Assembly: GCA_040752415.1 (NCBI GenBank)
Contig: JBFMGU010000302.1
Coordinates: 1 to 12,243, forward strand
Origin: Myxococcota bacterium
GTDB taxonomy: Bacteria > Myxococcota > JACRCW01
Direction of reading: 5' to 3'
Length of the DNA: 12,243 bases
Part shown: positions 8,421 to 12,243 of the stretch, piece by piece
How positions within the stretch are numbered: position 1 is the stretch's first letter
Layout of the letters: each line of letters begins with the position of its first letter
Made by a program: the position numbers and the translations under genes
The notes under the pieces: model-generated
The model's database searches: none
The model's input: only the letters and a program-made list of their open reading frames with translations
What the model was told of the DNA's origin: nothing

Positions 8421-9421
8421 TCGACGAGGTGCGCCACCGCGCCCTGGTGGAATCGGGTGCGCTCAAGATGCGCGCCAGCGCGCTGCTGGCCGAGGGACGA
8501 GCGGAGGACCGGTTTGAAGCCGCAGTGCTCTTCCACGAGGCGGCTCGCGCCGAGAAACGCGCGCTGAGCGCAACGGAGAACCCCTCAGCCACGGAGCGCT
8601 TGGCGCGGTGGGGAGAAGCGTGCGGGTGCCTCATCTCCGGCCTGGACCCGCCGCAGGCGGCCCGGGCCTGGGGGGAGGTCCTGAACGTCGCTGCATCGCT
8701 GCGTCCACGGACCGCCACGGCAACCCTCAACCGGCTCCGCGAGGCGTTCCTGAGGCAGAACGCGGCGTTCGTCGCAACGCTGAGGGATGCCCCGCTGTTG
8801 CAGGACGAAGCCACGCTGGTTCCCGCCGAGGACAAGGTCCGACGCCAGGTGCTCAAACAGATCGATGGGTTGCTGGAGCTCTTCCCCGGTGTTGCGCACT
8901 TGTGGTGGCTCCGCTTCCGCAATCAGAAGCAGGCAGGTGATCTGCATGGCGGGTGGGAGTCACTGCGCAAGGCTCAGCTGCTTGCGCCGGACAATCCGAG
9001 CTTTGCTGCCATTGCGCTGTGGCTGGCTCCTCAGGTCTTGTCGCGGCGTGATGCGGAGGCCCGGCTTGATGCCGCCTATGACCAGGTGGCCACCGCTTCC
9101 GCCGAGGTGTGCCTCTTCATTGCGCTAGGCAAGTTGAAGGCAGCAGCTGAGACGCGGCGCGACAGGGAGGCGCTGCACGCCGCGCTTCGCGCTGCCAGCG
9201 TCGGGTTGTCTCGGAGTGGAACCTACCCGGCCCTGAGAGCTTCGCTTTACGCCGTGCAGCTCGCCTCGGAAGTCATGCTCGGGGGAGGGACGCCGAACGC
9301 GGAGGTGCTCTACCGCGCGGGGGTGGCCGGGGACTTTGTTGGCGCAGGCCTGCCCGTCACTGATGTGCTGGGAACAATTGCCGCGGTGGGGGAGCGGAGC
9401 ATCGAGCGCTTGGCGGCGTAG
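8417..9421 (+). CDS. Hypothetical all-alpha-helical, TPR-like protein, 334 aa
   Basis: ATGA overlap with the upstream gene. Ala/Leu/Arg-rich helical sequence with a TPR-like unit (LELFPGVAHLWWLRFRNQKQAGDLHGGWESLRKAQLLAPDNPSF) and an EACGCL motif. No signal peptide or TM segment. Confidence 0.85.
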   Translation: MIDEVRHRALVESGALKMRASALLAEGRAEDRFEAAVLFHEAARAEKRALSATENPSATERLARWGEACGCLISGLDPPQAARAWGEVLNVAASLRPRTATATLNRLREAFLRQNAAFVATLRDAPLLQDEATLVPAEDKVRRQVLKQIDGLLELFPGVAHLWWLRFRNQKQAGDLHGGWESLRKAQLLAPDNPSFAAIALWLAPQVLSRRDAEARLDAAYDQVATASAEVCLFIALGKLKAAAETRRDREALHAALRAASVGLSRSGTYPALRASLYAVQLASEVMLGGGTPNAEVLYRAGVAGDFVGAGLPVTDVLGTIAAVGERSIERLAA

Positions 9422-9481
9422 GCGCCACCCGAGTCGCCAGCTGCCGACGCAGTACCCGTCCAGGAAACCGGAGGCGCCGCT

Positions 9482-11281
9482 TCACTCCGTCGTCACCACG
9501 GCGCGCGCGGCGCGGATGGGCGCATCCAGCCCCTTCACGTTGGCGTCGAACCGCTCCAGCTGCCGGATGGACCACAGCCACCCCTGCGCCTGCGCCCGCT
9601 CCGCCAGCTCCGCCGTCATCACCACCTCACCGCCCTGCGCGGTGCCCTGCAGGCGCGCGGCGATGTTCACCGTCTGCCCGAAGTAGTCGATGAGCTTGTT
9701 GGCGGTGGCGGCGTAGACCGGCCCAATGTGCACGCCCACCCGCAGGAACACGTCCGGCGCGTATCTGCGCTCGGCGCGAAACGCGGGAAAGGCGCGCTGC
9801 ATGTCCACCGCGGCGCGGACCAGGGATTCCTCGTCGGGGAACGCGGCCATCACGGCGTCACCAATGGTCTTCACCAGCGTGCCCTGGTGCCGCGCGATGA
9901 CCGCACCCAGCAGCTCGAAGTGCTCCTGCACCAGGCGGAACGCCACCGCATCCCCCGCGCGCGTGTACAGCGAGGTGGACGCGGTGAGGTCGGTGAACAG
10001 CAGGCCCACGCGCTGCACGGTGAGGCTCAGGTTGGTCCGCAGCACCTCCGCCGAGAACATGCGACGGAACTCCGGCAGCAGGCTCAGGTGCATGGCGGTG
10101 GCCGCGGTGTTGGCCCAGCCCAGGCGCTCCAGGCGCAGGTGCCGCTCGACGTCGAGGGCGTGCTCCACCGTGATGGTGCCGCCGGGAGCCACGGTGAGCG
10201 CGGCGGGCTCGGCGGTCTCGCCCACGCGGGTCCGCACCTGCGCCGGCCCGTCGGCCACCACGTCCACCGCCACGGTCAGCCCACCCCGCACGAAGATCCG
10301 GCAACGCCCCGCGGCGCCAGGTGCGGTGACCTCCACGGTGCCGCGCGGCGGCAGGATGGCCTGCGCCTCCACGTGCGGGAACAGGAACGGACCGGAGATG
10401 CAGAACGGACGCACCTCCCATTCCCGCACCGTCGAGGACGGACGGAACGTGGCCTCCACGGAGCGGTCGAACTCCAGGCCAAAGGAGATGTCGCAGAACT
10501 GGCAGCGGCCGTGCTCGGCAATGGCGGAGAGCGTGGGCGCGGTCTCGGTGCCGGTGAGACAGCTGGGACAGACCAGCTCCCAGGTCAGCTCCAGCAGCCC
10601 GGCGTTCACCGCGTGCAGGAACGTGATCAGTGTGTCCCGTCGGGGAAGTCGCCACGCATCCGCCAGCGCGAAGGGACGCAGGTGGCGCACGTCGTGATCG
10701 TCGGCGGTGGCCACGTGCTCCACCAGGCGACGCGCAATGGCGCGCTGTGCCTCCGTCACGCTTTTCACGGTGGCGTCCGCGGCGCGCTGGAAGGCGTCCT
10801 GCTTGAGACGGGGCGGCGGCACTCCGTAGGCGGGCTTGTTGCGGCGGATGTTGTCCCCGCACCGCTGGAGCGAGGAGAACACGTCGCGGAACACCATGCG
10901 GCCCACCAGCGACGCCAGCGGTGACACCAGGGGCGAGCGCGGCACGGCGCGGAGACGGAGGCGCACCTGGGTCCGCTCCGACGTCACCGGGGTCAGCTCC
11001 CAGCTCATCACCGCCCAGGCCAGCGGTCCGCTGAGGAACACGCGCTTGCCGTGGAGGAACCGGCCCACCTGCCACTCAAGGGGGTGCTCCTCGTATTCCA
11101 GCGTGGCCGGGCCGGCGCTGCGCTTGAACACGAAGCGTGCGGCGCCTTGCGCGTGGGGCGTGATGTCCGGGACACCCACGCCGGTGGCCTGGTTGCCGCG
11201 GTCCGAGTCCGCCACGACGTCCCAGGCAGCCTGCAGTGGAAGCGGCCACTCCAGGGTGTCGGTCCACATCAGCGTCTTCAT
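9482..11281 (-). CDS. Class III adenylate/guanylate cyclase with N-terminal SRPBCC/START-like and DUF5939-like Zn-ribbon regions, 599 aa
   Basis: Catalytic motifs LFTDLTAST, VKTIGDAVMAAF and IDYFGQTVNIAARL (both metal Asp, ATP-specifying Lys/Asp, Asn/Arg). CPSC...CQFC pair; N-terminal 'PLQAAWDVVADSDRGNQ' SRPBCC-like pattern; GGGGAG SD. Confidence 0.93.
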   Translation of the reverse strand: MKTLMWTDTLEWPLPLQAAWDVVADSDRGNQATGVGVPDITPHAQGAARFVFKRSAGPATLEYEEHPLEWQVGRFLHGKRVFLSGPLAWAVMSWELTPVTSERTQVRLRLRAVPRSPLVSPLASLVGRMVFRDVFSSLQRCGDNIRRNKPAYGVPPPRLKQDAFQRAADATVKSVTEAQRAIARRLVEHVATADDHDVRHLRPFALADAWRLPRRDTLITFLHAVNAGLLELTWELVCPSCLTGTETAPTLSAIAEHGRCQFCDISFGLEFDRSVEATFRPSSTVREWEVRPFCISGPFLFPHVEAQAILPPRGTVEVTAPGAAGRCRIFVRGGLTVAVDVVADGPAQVRTRVGETAEPAALTVAPGGTITVEHALDVERHLRLERLGWANTAATAMHLSLLPEFRRMFSAEVLRTNLSLTVQRVGLLFTDLTASTSLYTRAGDAVAFRLVQEHFELLGAVIARHQGTLVKTIGDAVMAAFPDEESLVRAAVDMQRAFPAFRAERRYAPDVFLRVGVHIGPVYAATANKLIDYFGQTVNIAARLQGTAQGGEVVMTAELAERAQAQGWLWSIRQLERFDANVKGLDAPIRAARAVVTTE

Positions 11282-11302
11282 CTGGCAATGCTCCCCGGCC
11301 GC

Positions 11303-11311
11303 ACCCTACCA
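11303..11311 (-). promoter_or_regulatory. Possible extended -10 promoter for the cyclase gene
   Basis: Minus-strand TGGTAGGGT (TGn-TAnnnT), 21 nt upstream of ATG 11281 and upstream of the SD. Confidence 0.4.
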
Positions 11312-11381
11312 CGAGCGTCGCGCCGCCCGTCGCCACGGTGAGCCGGGCCTGCGGCGTGGTCACGGCTTGCGCACGTTTGCG

Positions 11382-11410
11382 TTGACGGGGATTTCAAGGG
11401 GTGCCATTCC
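11382..11410 (+). promoter_or_regulatory. Possible sigma70-type promoter giving a leaderless or near-leaderless mRNA
   Basis: TTGACG (11382-11387)-N17-CATTCC with TG at the extended -10 position, 8 nt before ATG 11419; no SD before the ATG. The -10 match is poor. Confidence 0.35.
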
Positions 11411-11418
11411 TCGCGCCC

Positions 11419-11919
11419 ATGAGCGGACATCCAGTGTTTGTGGCGGTGCGGCGCGGCGACGGAACCATTGAGCAGGTGCGGGTTGGCACCGCGTACAAGG
11501 ACGGCGAGAACTTCCGCCTGGAGCTGGGCCAGCTGACGATTGGCGGCGCGGAAGTTCCCGCCACGTCGTCACGGCCGGCGGCGGCGCGCCCCGCGGCGGG
11601 CGGTGGCGGCGGCGGGATGGTGTTCCCCAACTACGGTCGCAGCAAGGGCATGCCCATCTCCGGCGCCAGCGCGCAGGACCTGGAGTTCTACGCCAATGGT
11701 TGTCGTCGGACGCTGGCCGACCCGAACAAGGCGCGCTGGCATGACAAGGAGCGCGAGCTGCTCGCCGCCATCGAAGCGGAGATGGAGCGGCAGGGCATCA
11801 GCGGCGGCGGAGGCACGTCCTCGCGCGGCAGCGCGCCCCGGGATCCCGGTTCTGCTCGCTGGGGCGCACCGTCCGGTGAGGAGCCGCCTCCCCTGTCCGA
11901 CGACGACATCCCGTTCTGA
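11419..11919 (+). CDS. Hypothetical two-domain protein with an SSB-type acidic C-terminal tail (DDDIPF), 166 aa
   Basis: Strongly GC-biased third positions. Small beta domain, Ala/Gly linker, FPNYGRSKG helical domain, Gly/Pro linker and the C-terminus PPPLSDDDIPF*. Confidence 0.9.
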   Translation: MSGHPVFVAVRRGDGTIEQVRVGTAYKDGENFRLELGQLTIGGAEVPATSSRPAAARPAAGGGGGGMVFPNYGRSKGMPISGASAQDLEFYANGCRRTLADPNKARWHDKERELLAAIEAEMERQGISGGGGTSSRGSAPRDPGSARWGAPSGEEPPPLSDDDIPF

Positions 11920-12042
11920 AGGACTGCCGGATGGTCCAGGAAGGGAAGTCAGAAGTCAGGAGTGTGACGACGTTCTTCCCACAATGAGATTGGGTGCGGC
12001 GCTTCTGGAACGACGCTTGGCCGCAGGCGTAGGCACATCCGC

Positions 12043-12217
12043 AGGTGGCCGGCAATGGTCAGCCCGGGGCCGCGCCGCCATGACGACATAGAACGGCACG
12101 CGATGCGACCGGCCCGACCGGTTCAACGCGACGGAGGACCGGACAGCAATGTAGGGGCTGCCCGTTGCCGGTACCGCGTGAACGGTGAAGGTGGCCGGCA
12201 ATGGTCAGCCCCGGGCC
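12043..12217. repeat. 29-nt direct repeat, two copies 146 nt apart
   Basis: AGGTGGCCGGCAATGGTCAGCCC(G/C)GGGCC at 12043-12071 and 12189-12217 (28/29 identical). Each copy is followed 9-10 nt later by TGACGAC. Confidence 0.85.
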
Positions 12218-12243
12218 CAGTGGTTCGTGACGACGGGAATTGG

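Noticed and set aside
7819..11281. Pycsar/CBASS-like system made of the cyclase and the nuclease pair
   Set aside because: The cyclase is convergent rather than operonic, has host-like codon use, ATP-specifying residues and a DUF5939-like architecture. No cyclic-nucleotide sensor domain is apparent in the pair.
11419..11919. Canonical ssb gene
   Set aside because: Only the tail matches; OB-fold SSB motifs are absent, so no gene symbol was assigned.
11956..12201. 81-aa minus-strand ORF spanning the direct repeats
   Set aside because: TTG start two codons after an in-frame stop, no SD, no recognisable motif, and the repeats fall in different frames.
12043..12217. CRISPR array
   Set aside because: Only two clear copies, a 117-nt spacer far above the CRISPR range, and no cas genes in the window.
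5020..12239. 14-mer CGTGACGACGGGAA present at 5020-5033 and 12226-12239, as possible att or target-site duplication
   Set aside because: No integrase or transposase, and the enclosed genes look mostly chromosomal. A single 14-nt match in GC-rich DNA is weak evidence.

Overview
GC-rich bacterial DNA whose gene content and codon style suggest a myxobacterium or relative (inference). Left to right: (i) a non-coding start with a long imperfect hairpin (1-108) and a smaller stem-loop; (ii) three minus-strand genes for exported proteins: a beta-rich hypothetical, an SBBP-type beta-propeller lipoprotein and a FlgO/CsgG-like + TPR protein; (iii) a hybrid histidine kinase (pseudo-REC, HisKA, HATPase, REC) and an orphan MotB/OmpA-family protein; (iv) a translationally coupled two-gene module: a small PD-(D/E)XK-like nuclease, broken here by a 1-nt frameshift, and an all-helical TPR-like partner; (v) a convergent class III adenylate cyclase with SRPBCC-like and DUF5939-like Zn-ribbon regions; (vi) a small divergent gene with no recognisable SSB OB-fold motifs but a canonical SSB acidic tail (DDDIPF); (vii) a non-coding end with a 29-nt direct repeat. 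The best candidates for undescribed biology are the nuclease/helical pair (possible defence or toxin-antitoxin system), the SSB-tail protein and the left-edge hairpin. All domain calls come from motifs recognised by eye; no searches were run.
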